Assembly: GCF_009914755.1 (NCBI RefSeq)
Contig: NC_060936.1
DNA length: 64,000 nt
DNA from: the human T2T-CHM13v2.0 reference genome, Homo sapiens
Reading direction: 5' to 3' (one strand)
Shown: in pieces, positions 12,580-25,436 of the stretch
Numbering within the stretch: position 1 is the stretch's first letter
Layout: each line of letters opens with the position of its first letter
Program-made: the position numbers and the translations under genes
The notes under the pieces: model-generated
What the model was told of the DNA's origin: nothing
Seen by the model: only the letters and a program-made list of their open reading frames with translations
The model's database searches: none

Positions 12580-14197
12580 TTAAAATTTACTTTATTTTTT
12601 AGAGCAGTTTTAGATTCATGGCAAAATTAAGTGGAAGATAAAGAGATTTCCCACATACACCCTACTCCCACCCAGGCATAACCTCCTCTGCTATCAACAT
12701 CCTACACCAGAACGATACATTTGTTACAAACTATGAATCTACAATGACAGGTCCTTATCACCCAAAGTCCATAGTTTACATTGGGATTCACTCTTGATGG
12801 TGTATAGTCCATGGGTTTTGATAAATGTGTTATGATATCTATCCACTATTATGGTATTGTAAAGAATAGTTTTGCCATTTAAAAAATCCTCTGTGCTCTG
12901 CCTATTCATATCTGCCTCTCCTGTTGCTAGCGATCATTGACTTTTTACTGTCTCCATCATTTTGTTTTTCCAGGATGTTATATAGTTGAAATCGCACAGT
13001 ATGTAGCCTTTTCAAATCAGCTTCTTTCACTTAGTAGTATGCATTTTAGTGTCCTCCGTGTCTTTTCATGGCTTGAATAGCTCATTTCTTTTTAGTGCTG
13101 AATAATACTCCATTGTCTTGGTGTATCATCACAGTTCATTTATCTGTTCACCTACTGAAGAACATTTTGGTTGATTCCAAGTTCTGGCAATTGTGAATAA
13201 CCCTGCTTTAAACACATCCATATGCAAGTTTTTGTGTAGACATAAATTTTCAAGTGCTTTGGGAGAGGGATTGCAGGATCATATCATAAGGGTGTTTTTA
13301 GCTTTGTTGGAAGCTGCCAAACTGTCTTGCAAAGTGGCTGTACCATTTTGCATCTCCGTCAGCAATGCTCCACATCCCCAGCAGCATTTGGTGCTGTCAG
13401 TATTCTGGATTTTGGGCATTCTAATACGTGTGTGGTGGTATTTCATTGTTTTTGAAGTTTGCATTTCTCAGATAACACATAATATGGAGCGTCTTTTCAT
13501 ATAGTTATTTTCCATCTCTCTTTTCTCCTTGGTAAGTTGTCTGTTCCGATCTTTTGCCCATTTTTAAATAGGGTTGTTCATTTTCTCATTGTTGAGCTTT
13601 AAGTTTTCTTTGTATCTTTCGTAAAAGAGTATGTTACTAGATGTATCTTTTGCAAATATTTTCTCACAGAGTGTGGCTTGTCTTTTCATTCTCTTGACTC
13701 CTACTTTCATAGAGCAGAAGTTTTAATTTTAATGAAGTCTAGCTTATCAATTATTTCTTTCATGAATCGTGCCTTTGGTGATGTATCTAAAATGTCATCA
13801 CGATACCCAAGGTCATCTAGATTTTCTCCTATTTTATCTTCTAGGAGGTTTACAGCTTTGTGGTTTACATTTACATCTGTGACCCATTTTCAGTTACTTT
13901 TTTGTGAAGGATTTAAGGTCTTTGTTTTTATTTATTTTTTGCATGCGGATGTCTATTTGTTCCAGAACTTTGTGTCGAAAAGACTTTATTTTCTCTATGT
14001 ATTGCCTTTGCTCTTTTGTTAAAGATCAGCTGGGATCTGCACTCTTTATTCTGTTCCATTGATCTACTTGTCTATTCTTTTACCAATACCACAATGTCTT
14101 GATTATTGTAGCTTTATAATAAGTCTTGAAGTAGGGTAGTGTCAGTCCTCTGACTTTGTTCTTCTCTTTCCATGCTGTGTTGGCTATTATGGGTCTG
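12580..14197 (-). mobile_element. L1MC (L1MC1/2-like), 5'-truncated
   Basis: TTTTTAGAGCAGTTTTAGATTCA...TATCACCCAAAGTCCATAGTTTACATT 3'UTR; ORF 13279-13464(-) KTMKYHHTRIRMPKIQNTDSTKCCWGCG...NGTATLQDSLA matches the ORF2p Cys-rich C-terminus. Confidence 0.9.
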
Positions 14198-14199
14198 CC

Positions 14200-15235
14200 T
14201 TATTGACTTTTTTTTTCTTGGTCTGCTTGTTTTTATCAGTTATTGGGACAATTGGGTTAAAATATTATAGTGTTTTATATACATCAATTAAATCAATTTG
14301 ATGTGTCATATTGTTCTAATCTTTTATATACTTACTGATTTTTTACCTGCTTATACACTGTTACTGAGAAAAGTGTGTTAAAACGTCCAATTGTAACTGC
14401 ATATATGCCTGTCTTTATTAGTTTTGTTAACTCTTGCTTTATATATTCTGAAACTATATTACTAGAGCCATACAAGTTTAGGGTTATATATATTCTTGTT
14501 TATGACCCTTTTATCTCTATGACATGTCTCTTTCTTGTGCTACTTCTTACTTTCGATGCAATTATGTCCAATATTAATTCAGCAATAGTATCTTTCTTAT
14601 GCTAAGTATTTACTTGGAATGATTTTTTTCAGTTATTTTCAGATTACCTTATATTTATGTTTAAAGTATGTTTTTTGAAAATAACATATAATTTGACCTT
14701 TTAAAATATATCTAAATCTTGTGTTTTAGTAGGAATGTTTAGTCAGTTTACATGTAATGTAATTACGACATAGTTAGGTATAAGTCTAAAATCTCGCTTT
14801 TTGTTTTTTCATCATCCCATCTGCTCATTATTCCTTAATCTTTTTTTCCTGCTCTGTTGTATTAGTAAAATATTTTTGTTCTTTATTTTATCTCCTCTAT
14901 TAGCTCTTTTTTTGTTATAACTTTTAGTATCATTGTTTTGTGGTTACTCTTGAAATTCTTAACTTATTACAGTATACATTAAATTAGTATTTTTACAACA
15001 TCATAAACAATGCTGTTTCTACTAGTTGTACTCCATTAAATATCATCATTTTGTTTGTTGTCCATTTTACTATTATTTCATGCATTTAATTGTAATGGAA
15101 GAAAATAACTCCCAAAATGTTACTATTGTGGCTCTAATTGGCCAACAGTCTCATATGTATCCATATATTTGTCCATTCCAGGGTACTTTATTTCTCTTGG
15201 TCTCTATTCTTCCATCTTGGATTATTTTAATCATT
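14200..15235 (-). mobile_element. Old L1M ORF2 5'/inter-ORF fragment
   Basis: GTTACTGAGAAAAGTGTGTTAAAACGTCCAATTGTAA and ATGACCCTTTTATC antisense endonuclease-region motifs. Confidence 0.7.
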
Positions 15236-15239
15236 ATAC

Positions 15240-18200
15240 CTGTGAATTAGAGACTCTATAAACCCACAGACAATGGTACTGACTGAAGCTCTGCAGGCAG
15301 AATTCAAATCCATAACAAGAAAACTGTCACTGCCCTTTTAAGATAGGAGGATCCAAAAGTTGTCAACTTGCCACTAAATTGTTGTAATCTCCCTGAGAAA
15401 CAGAGCTATAATTTTTATCTGTGTTGTCGCTGGCTGATCGATCAGTCAGATAGCGTAGCCAGATTAGCCTTAGTGAGTAGTATTCCATGATGTTGAGCTC
15501 ATAGTCTCAATATCTGCCACTCTGATCAATCCTTGTTTGCTTGGACCAACACTGAAGTGGATGATGACAAAGGCTGACAGGTCTATTGGCTGATTTGGTT
15601 TTTTTTTTTTTTTTTTTTGTCTACTTGGATTTTTAGTGCACCTTCCATGGCTGGAGGCTTCTGTGGGTATTAAGTTATAAAGCTCTTTATACTTTATACA
15701 AAATCTTATATATCCACACACATGCCTTTACTCCAGACTACTTTGTCTCTGATCTTCCAATCCACTTTCATTGTCCCTTGATCAGCTGCCCAAGCCATTT
15801 GCCACTGCTCATGAATTCATTATGTATCCTCAACTCACAATACTTTTTCCTTTGCCAAAATGTGCATAGACATAAGCACCTCAAAAAGCTTCAGCTATTG
15901 GGAAGATTTCTTTTGTCTCAACAGTATCTTTCAAAGTAACTCCTACATGTGACTTCAATACAGACACCATCATTTTCAGCTTATCCTCACATACAAAGTC
16001 AGTCCATCCATAAACCAAGCTTGGACTTTTTCTCCCTCCTTCAGCTGGTTATATAGAATGTTTCACATGGCCATAGGCATAAGCTGAAGGGGGAGTGCTG
16101 GTACAACAGTGGTGAGTGACACTTGGTTCTGGACAACCTGCTCATGCAATTTACTTATGCTTTTTGTTCCTGCTTAGGGCACATAATCCCAATTTATCAT
16201 GGATTGCTGCAGGGCCCACCTGACTTTATGACTTGATGGGTCTAACAGAAGTGAGCTCGTGGACAGTTTCAGACAGACTCATGGTTAAGGCATGGGTCCA
16301 AGTGGCATATGAGAAGCTGTTTTTCTAAGGGCATATAGTGTTTTGCTTTGTTTTGTGTACATGGCATGGCTTTCCCAAGTGACTTGAATTGTGATTTTCC
16401 CACTGAGACTTGTCATAAAATCCATACTGTATTTTTTTAACACTGCTGAAACCGCCACATTCATAAAGTCTGCTTGATTTTGAGTAGAAAACCGCAGGGA
16501 TTTTTTGTACAGCATCCTGGGCTTGCTGTCTAGCCCTTTTCTGCTCTAGGCCCCATCCGAGATCAGCTCACTAAGTCACATACTATATTAGGCCAGAGCA
16601 ATGTTCTTAGGTGTGGAATGTGTTTTGTCTCTAGAATCCAAAAGGCTGGTAGGGATTGTAATTCCTTCTTTGTGGCAGGGGGTGTGAGATATAGCAATTA
16701 GCCTTTTGCTTTGGTGAGATTGTACTGGCGTATCCCTTATGTTAGGCACTAGACACTGCTGAGTTGATAGACCCTTGAAGATATAATTTATCTTCTACCC
16801 TCCAGGTCTCATGTGCTTTACCAAATCCTCCAGCATGCTAGCCATCTCTTGTTCACTTTGCATTCTAAGGATTATATGATGTCATTAATGCAACTGATCA
16901 ATGTGATGTTCTATGTAAAATCCAGATCTCTTTATGAGAAAAAGTAGGAGAGTTAACATGGCCCTTGGGCAAAAGTGTAAATGTATGTTGTCCATTCCAT
17001 GTAAATGAAAACTATTTTGGTCCTCTTTCTTGATTAAGATAGTGAAGAATTCATTCGCTATATCAATGCCTGCATGCCAGGTACCTGAGGTCATTTTATT
17101 CTGTTCTCACAGAGCTGTTACAGTCACGTGGCAGCTATAATCAGGGCTACTAGTTGTTTGAATTTGTGGTAACCTGAAGTTATTCCTCCAGAATCTATCT
17201 AGTTTGGGCAAGGACTACTTATGGCAGGATACACCAAACCTGAAATCTTTAAGGACGACACTAATATCCTTCATATCCTTAGAAGTATAACATTAGCTTC
17301 AATTTACTAACTTGGCATGGGTATTAGTTTCAGATCTTTCTACTTGGTCTTTCCTGAGATTATAACTTTTACCTCCACAGGCCAAGGTAATAATGTGAAA
17401 GTTACTCTAATTGGCATGTATGTCAAAACCAATTACACATTTGGGATTTGGGAAAATCACCAAAGTATGGTTTTGTGGACCTAGTGGAACCACTTAATCC
17501 AGTCTGACCAGAGCACCGTTTGCTTTATACTCCCTCTGGGTGACTCCACTCTAACTTTGACATTTTGGGTCTCCAAATATCACTATCGAATTAGTGCCCA
17601 TGTCCAAATGACCAATAGCAATATCTGGATATTCTGCTTTGCCCAGTGTAGAATTATCCAAACAAATAGCTAGAGGTGCAGTTGCAGAGTGACTAAGGAA
17701 ATTATTTCAATATGTGTTTGTCCAGGTGCAGTCTTTTCTTCTTGGGACATAGTCATCTTTTCACTTAACAGGTTGTAGGTCTGAAACCTCACTCAGGTCC
17801 AGGAAATGGAGAAATGACCATGACTTTTTTAAATCAAGGTCGCCATCTTCAGCCTCTTGAGGAGTCATTCCTGCATTTTTTTTGGTTATATAATTTAAGA
17901 GATATGTTTTGGCTGTTCATTTATTTGTATTTAGAGATGCTGTATTCTATTAACCATCTCCACAACTCCCAGAAAGTTATGCCTCCCTCCTTACCACTCC
18001 AACCTTACCAGTCCTGTGTTAATTGAGACTCCCAGGCCCCTGATGGTTAAATGCTGCCACTTAGCCTTTATTGATTCCATTTGTTCTGTGGCAAACAAAA
18101 TCTCTGTGACAGCCCCTCCTATCATCCACTCTGTGACATCCCCTCCTGTCAAGCCCCAAGTGGTGGCTTGGGGAAGAGAGCCACCACTGAACTTCTTGTT

Positions 18201-19310
18201 GATTCTGGTATCCATCTCCCTTGTACACTCCTGATGGCCTTCTTAAATGCTTGGGGAACAGAGCCACCACTGAACTTCTTGTTGATTCTGGTGTCCCTCT
18301 CCCTTGTACACTCCTGATGGCCTTCTTAAATGGTACTTCCTCTAGGCCTTCCCATGGAACAATATAATCCTCTGTGGGTCTTCTGTCCTCACATCATATA
18401 GTCTTTGCAGCATGCCTATTTCCCTAAGCCTCTCTATTCCTTTCTCCACAGTCTGCCATAGCAACTCAAGTAATGCAACTTTACTCAGCATGGACCGTCA
18501 CTTTCTCCAGACTTCTAAGAGATGCCATAGCAGAAAATTTATGCCTTTCCCTGCAGTCCTTGTCAAGTGTTAAATCCCATGGCCTTATATCCTGAGAGGA
18601 TGGCTCTAAATCAATAAACTCTCCTTTATCTAGTTTCATGTCCTGCCTCCTTGATCAAAACTCTTAAAACCAGTCATTTATCCAAATATGCTGGCTAATC
18701 ATTGAAGCTCTTTTGGGGGTATAGTGTCTTTCCTCACCACTCAGGTCTGGTATAACCTTGAGTTGCTTTTGATATAATTTAACCCAAAGTTTGGGCCTGG
18801 CATTTAGGAGATGAGATGAGGGAAAATCCTGAAGATGACCCTGTTGCCTTGTGGGAGAGAGGACTCTGCAGTGTTTTCTCATATGCAAGAAGGGTAGCTG
18901 TGAAAAAGGAAGGATGCACTATCTCTGCAGGATCTAAGGATTTAGAAAACTTTGGGGAACCCAAATCTTTGGGTGAATAGGTGCATCTGACTGATCTCAT
19001 ATGTCGGGATACCAGGGATTCCTAGCAAGGGCCCCAAGCTTGGCATAATAGATTTGACATAGTTAAACATTCTATACACTTTCCCAGCAGCCACTTTCAG
19101 CCAGGCATCCTGGAGGCTCTCCTGGCACTTGCACAGCTCAGATATTCAAGGTCCTGGTGGAAGATTATGGTGCTCACCCATGGGCCTCCCCTTTTTCATG
19201 GGCTGTAGGCCTCAGTTGCTGTCTAAAGCCTACAAAGAGTTCCTTTATATATTTTTCCAGATTTTCTAGTTGCTTATGGTAAGAACTTAATTTCAAAGCT
19301 GGTAACTGCA
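15240..19310 (-). mobile_element. ERVL-class internal region (gag-pro-pol; HERV16/ERV3-16A3/ERVL-like), decayed, no flanking LTR seen
   Basis: Minus-strand motifs in the expected order: protease LDMG...IFGDPK (17607-17563; cf. LDTG...IPGDPK), RT GTWHAGIDIANEFF (ORF 16885-17094; cf. GTWYAAIDLANAFF), RNase H AWFMDG (16020-16003; cf. AWFTDG). Confidence 0.88.
18166..18331. repeat. 83-bp tandem duplication, 2 copies with 3 mismatches
   Basis: 18166-18248 versus 18249-18331 compared base by base. Confidence 0.97.
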
Positions 19311-19369
19311 TCAGGGTTGGAGCTGGAGGTCTCAATCAATGATTGCTGAATAAATAAATTCATTGCATT

Positions 19370-20485
19370 TGAGATGCATCTGGACATCTTGTATGTTCTG
19401 ATGAATACACTGAGTAGGCATTGGGAGTCATCTATGTATGGTAGTAGTTGAAAGACACTGTACAGGTTGTCGAGATATCCAATGAAGCTTATAAAAAGGC
19501 CAAAGAGAGAAAAATGTTAAACATTTTAAATTTTAAAATGAGAAAAGAGCAATATTGAAAGGACAATGAGTACGACAATTAAGAAAAGACAGAAAGAAGA
19601 AACATAAATATTTTATTTAAACATTATTGTCCTTCAAATTAACAAATACTTACTGAATTTCTCCTATAATTTATATAATTAACAAAGAAGAGATTGTATG
19701 GATTTGTGGGTGAGTCAAGAATTAGGGTTCAATGAGGAAGAATTTTTGAAAGACTAAAAGTGTTGGGTTTCAGCCTAACTACTTAAAACATAAAGCAGTA
19801 TAGATCTGGAGGATAGGGTTAATTCAGTCATCAGCTAAGCAAGGGCAGGCTTAAGACTTTGCTGCTATGATGCACACGAGATTATCAATTCAAAAAATAT
19901 CAAGGTGGAAGAAAAACAGTAATGGTTCCAGAATTTTCATAGTGATGGAGATTTGGGGCAAAAATATGGTTGAAAGCAAATTCAGAAGACTTGTCTGGAG
20001 GTGACATTTCTCCATAAACACACTTTTAAAATTTAAAGTCTGTGTTATAGATGAATAAAAATAATCAGATTGATGATTTCAAACACATGTTGGCTGACTC
20101 TATTCTTATTTACATAATTATAGCAATTGTTTAAATTGGGATGGTTTTGTGAAGCAGAGGATTTTGGAGGACCTTTATTTCTCTCCAACTCCACCCCAAG
20201 CTATCCTTATCCTGCAAATGCAATGCATGACTGTGTTAATGAAAGAGGAGGCTGGGAGATTCCACATGAAAGAGTGAAGTAGGAAACATTATCCCAGTTG
20301 GTCTGAAAGGCATATATGTACTTTAAGAGATATCATTTATAAGAAGAGAGGGGGAAGGTTAGATGTTTAAAAGCTGAGCTAACAATGACAAGAATAGTCC
20401 ATAAAAATGTTGGTAATTTTAATCCTAGTGAAACAGGAAGAATAATGATGCTATGCAGTCTTACGTTGAACTCTATGTAACTTTA
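19370..20485 (-). mobile_element. Degenerate L2 fragments
   Basis: TTGGGAGTCATCTATGTATGGTAGTAGTTGAAAG and purine-rich antisense L2-like sequence. Confidence 0.5.
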
Positions 20486-20490
20486 GTTGT

Positions 20491-20893
20491 TATATTAGGC
20501 CATTCTTTTGCATTGCCATTAAGAAATACCTGAGGCTAGACAATCTATAAAGAAAAGAGGCTTAATTGGCCCACAGTTCTGCAGGCTGTACAGGAAGCTT
20601 GTTGTCAGTATTTGCTTCTGGTGAGGGTCTCAGGGGACTTACAATCATGGCAGAAGGTAAACGGGAGGTCAGTGTATCACATAGCAAGAGCAGAGCAAGA
20701 GCAAGAGTAGAGAGGTGCCATACACTTTTAAGCAATCTGATCTCGAGTAAACCCACTCATCACCAAGAGGATGGTGCTAAATCATTCATGAAGGATCTGC
20801 CCCAAAACCCAAACACTTCCCGCCAGGCCCCACCTCCAACACTGGGCATTACACTTCAACATTTAAGACAGGACCCCCACTCAAACCATATCA
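20491..20893 (-). mobile_element. MST (MSTA/MSTB-type) MaLR solo LTR
   Basis: TATATTAGGCCATTC...CAGGCCCCACCTCCAACACTGGG...CAAACCATATCA; perfect TSD GTTGT (20486-20490 and 20894-20898). Confidence 0.95.
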
Positions 20894-21072
20894 GTTGTTA
20901 AGGTGAGTATACAGTAATACATGTCCAGGTGGATATGTTTCATAGTTAGTGAAAGGTGTACAATTGGACGAAGAAAAATCCATGGCCATCTGCCTGTCTG
21001 TGACATAATAAATGCTCCATGTCATTGTTCATCAAAACAGAATGGCAATAAGCAAGATCAACTATATTGTGA

Positions 21073-21090
21073 TGCCAATAGGGGGCCCTG
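21073..21090 (+). promoter_or_regulatory. Candidate CTCF motif
   Basis: TGCCAATAGGGGGCCCTG versus CCASYAGRKGGCRS (2 mismatches); motif match only. Confidence 0.35.
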
Positions 21091-22250
21091 TGGCTTTGTG
21101 ATAAAATCCTACTCATTTATTCAAATTTTGCCCCAAAAGAACCATATAATTAGCTCCATTAATAAACAAGTGAGTCCTTCCACTCATCCATCTATCCCCC
21201 CATTCTTCCATTCTCCCATTTAGTGCCATTCACCTTCGTTCTTCATTAGTTAACAGTGAGAATACTCAAAAGGCAAATAGCTCTGCAGTTTTCTCTCCAC
21301 CTCATTGGAATTGTGGGAACTTTTATTGAGTGGTGAGGGTTAGGGTAATGAAACTTGGAAAACTGCCATCCTAGGATCCCTCTGTGCTACCAATATGCAA
21401 ATAATTTAACAGTAATGCAGTCAAGAGTTCCCTGAGTAAAGACTCTCCATTTTCATCACTGTTGGTAAGTGCCAAGAGGGACAGATGAGAATAAGTTATA
21501 GCCACACTGTGACATGTAATAAATCTTCCAAAAGAGGTTTACATGTACTCAGCTCTTTGGCTTTTATCCTGTGTATGACACTTCTGTTTGCTTTGCATCT
21601 AAGCAACAGAAAGTAATCAGCTGCTAAGAACTTAATTATTGGTTGCACGGATAACCCTTAGGGTGTCTGTGTCCAGTCACTTGGGCCTCCTTCTACATCT
21701 CTCATCACATAAAGCAATATGTTTCCCTGAGTGCCTGCCTCTCTGGAAAGCATGGTGGTTCATTTCTCCTTCAAGAGGAAGACAAAGGGCTGCTGAAACA
21801 ACAAAATACAATGAAATGGCTGTTCCTTGGGAAAATGAGCCACTAATTGTTCTTGATGACTGAAACAAAGGAAGAGTCCTAGGGCTAGAAATCACTCAAG
21901 AGCAGAGCCTTGATAACAGTCAGAAGCTGAGAGGTAGAAAGTGTAAGGAATTCTAGGGAGAGGAGTGAGAAAATACTGTAACAGGCTTGCAAAATCCAAC
22001 TCAGAATCGCACTAGTGTATTAATGAGACAAGTTAAACCAGTCACACTCCCACCTCTTAACCAAACTGTTAACACAATTTAACACACTTTCAAAGGGGCA
22101 CCCCTATGATGTGCTAATGAAGTCACTTTCTTCCCAGCATGAGTGAATGGGCTTTTCCCCCTTTCTTGAGCTCTGTTTGATCAGGAAGACAAAATATTCA
22201 AATATCTTGTGAATGTAGGAGGTGGTTAGGATGGTTTTCAAATATATATA

Positions 22251-22254
<4 letters not shown>

Positions 22255-22288
<34 letters not shown>
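22255..22288. repeat. (GT)17 microsatellite
   Basis: Directly visible. Confidence 0.97.
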
Positions 22289-22289
<1 letters not shown>

Positions 22290-23939
22290 ACACACGGAAA
22301 CTGAGACATAAAGGACCAAATCTACAGCTCAAAGTTAGTACAATTATCTGAATTTGAATTGGTTTTCTGCTTCAGCTTTTCCTTACTGTTATTTAAATGC
22401 TGTGAAATTAATAAATACTGTTTAGGAATTTTCTCTTTTAGGATTATAAGTAACCTGGAAAATAACAATAACTGAAATGCTCTGTAATTTGTAAGCAGTC
22501 AACAGATGTATAAGTATCATTTCAGTTTTCAAAATTACATTGTAAATTGTTTGAATTGGACTTTGAAACAATTTTTCTTTTAACTATAGGTGGTGGATAC
22601 ATTCTAGAAACTTGCATCTTAAAGCAATCAAACAATTTATTTTCAGTATAGATTCAAGACTAAAGCAATCTCCGAATAGGTATTGTTTCACTTAGATAGC
22701 TCCAAAGACAAAAACTAGGTCCCATGAGGCTAAAACAGTGGTATGCATAGGGGGGTTTATTTTTACTATCCTTTAAACTGTCCACATACAATATTATACA
22801 CACGCAAAGATATACAAAATACACTTTTTATGCATTACATATTTCAAAATAAAAGGAATTCTCAAAAAAACTTTGTTCCATAGCTGAAATATTAAAATAA
22901 ATTGAGTAGAGGCAATGCATTTAGCATTCTTAAAAGTTTCTTGAAAGATTTTATAGAAAAACTGCCCATTATTCTAGTTGACAACAGTTATATGAATTTT
23001 TTAAAAAAGAAAACCTGTAAAAAACAAAAAAGGTCTTTAAACTATATGATATACAGATCACTATCTATATTTTTTTAAGAGCATCTAAACTTTGGTGGAA
23101 AAGGTTTTATAAGTTCTTATTGCTCTTATAAACCTTTGTGGTTATGTGACAATGATTCATGTAATATTATTGCATATCTGACTTTGGCAGTTACCCATTA
23201 CACCATGTTAACATATTTCAATAAGTAATCAATTTGGTTTTCCAGTACCCTGATTTAATACAGGTTTCATTATTTGCCTAGTATTTATGTTTTAGGCATG
23301 TTTTCCATCTTAGTGTAGGACTGCCCTTTTTGCATTAGCCATTTTAGGATAAAATACTTAATAAGATTTGCATTTAAAAAATGAACTTGAGGAACTGGAC
23401 CCCCTCCAGCCAGAGCAAGTAATTATGCCATTTGTATTGCAAAGCAGGAGTGGCTATAAAGCAATGGTATACTTTTTTAAAGATTGATAACCCTAAGCAG
23501 TATTATATTACACATAAAATGGCAGGTCTGACAGAGGAACTAAACGTGGGCAGTGTATAAAATCCTGAGAACTGTAGAGAGTTGCAAAGTCTTTACTTTG
23601 TCTTTCTATAAGATAGCCAATTAGAAGGAACTGATTATGGCTGATATCTTTATTTCCTATAACATCCCTGTGTCATATATTGGTCTTGTCCTAAGAGAAC
23701 CCTATGTTTTTGTAGATAGCAAGATTGCCACATCATATACTAGTGGATGCTCTCAAATTCCCTTCCTTGTATTCAGAGGCTCAAATTAGATTGTGTCTAT
23801 AGGAAGTGGCCAAAAAAAAAAAAAATGGAAACTGTTTGGTTGTCATCATGATCACCCTATCCACCAAACTGAAATTTTCCATTGCTGATAAGAACTCAAA
23901 GCTCGCAATATTATTACTACTAAAGAATACAACAGAGAA

Positions 23940-24078
23940 CTTTATTGAGCAGCTCAAAACTATTTAAGATACTTGTATTGAGATACTCGAAACTATGTTC
24001 CAAGTACTGTGTTAAGTATCTGACAGTATTTATCCCATCAATCCTCACAACAACCTGGCAAGGTTGGCAGTATTAGTC
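23940..24078 (-). mobile_element. MIR fragment
   Basis: CTATGTTCCAAGTACTGTGTTAAG...AATCCTCACAACAACCTGGCAAGG. Confidence 0.75.
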
Positions 24079-24954
24079 AAGATACCCAGTCTAGTTTAAC
24101 TTTAGGAGTGATGTTTTTAATTATTGTGGTAAACTTATTTAAACTAAAAAATGTTTTAAAAAATATTCTGAAGATATTTTCCAAACAGAAGCATCCACGA
24201 CTACGTTTCAGTGAATTACAGGGCATTAAAATGTTCTGGCCTTAAACTGGGATCTTTTAAACTAATAGCAGTCCTAGTGGTTTTTAGAGGAAGGTTTTAT
24301 AAAAAGATGTGCCTAAATTATCAATCATGGTCTTTCTTTAGGATAAAAAGATACATGCCAGGTTGTTTTTCAGGCATTGGCCAACATATATTTTCTTAAA
24401 TTTGATTAAAGTGTTCCCAATCTTAATTTAACAGGATTCACATCCTCATGAAGGAAAACACTAAAAGAAATGCAAAGCAAATGAGAAAAGTAGTCTTATA
24501 AGAAAAACAAAATTCCACAGAGGCAACAAGCCAGTGTGACATGAACCAAGAACACTGATGGGGAAAACTTTGACTTTTCCTATGAGCTCAGTAAACCCAT
24601 TTAGGGAGTTGTTAAAAACTGAGAGAGGCAATGTGGAGATAGCAACGTCCTTTTAGACTTCAAAGAGAAGGAAATATGTTTAGGACCTTCCTGATATAAA
24701 AAGCTGTTAAATTCTGAAGCTTTTCCTTAACATTTATTCTCAATTCGAGACTCTAATGTTCAGTAATTGGATTCCATGTTTGATTGTTTCATATTTCAAT
24801 CAGCAGCCTACTTAAAACAACAAGTCAATCAAATGAATATTCTGGTAGTGTTTTTTACATTATTTATACATACATACAAACAAATACATAAATATCTACA
24901 TACATTTATATAATAAAGACAGCTCAGCAATTTTTAGTTAATTATGAAATAAGG

Positions 24955-25403
24955 TATATCAGTTTCTTAGGGCTGCTGTAACAAAGTATTATAAAATTGT
25001 TAGCTTAACAGAAACTCTGAAAGTTCTGGAAGATAAATGTCGGGATCAAGGTGTTGACAGAACTGGTTTCTTCTGAGGACAGTGAGGAAGTGTCTGTTCC
25101 ATGCCTATCCCCTGGCTGCTAGTGGTTTGCCAACAATCTTTAATGTTGCTTGACTTGTAGAAGCTTACCCTCATCTCTGCCTTCATCTTCGCCTGGCATT
25201 TTCCCCATGTGCGTGTCTATCTACAAATTCCCTCCTTATAAGGACATCAGTCATAGTGAATCAGGGATCCATGCTACTCCACAATGACCTCATCTTAACA
25301 CTATATCTGCAACAAGCCATATTTCCAAATAAGACCACCTTCTGACATGAGAGTTAGGACTTCAACATGTAGATTTTGGGGAGACAAAATTCAACACAAG
25401 ACA
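24955..25403 (-). mobile_element. MLT1C-type MaLR solo LTR
   Basis: TATATCAGTTTCTTAGGGCTGCTGTAACAAAG...TTATAAGGACATCAGTCAT...AAAATTCAACACAAGACA; perfect TSD TAAGG (24950-24954 and 25404-25408). Confidence 0.93.
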
Positions 25404-25436
25404 TAAGGTTAACTGTGAAAGAAAAGGGATGTTTAA

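Noticed and set aside
18102-18331. Repeats as a CRISPR-like array
   Set aside because: Only two abutting copies, no unique spacers, no cas genes, and a primate context
22570-22745. Isolated plus-strand acceptor/donor pairs here, at ~6103 and at 38200-38380
   Set aside because: Plausible acceptors but weak donors and no coding signal; common by chance in T-rich DNA
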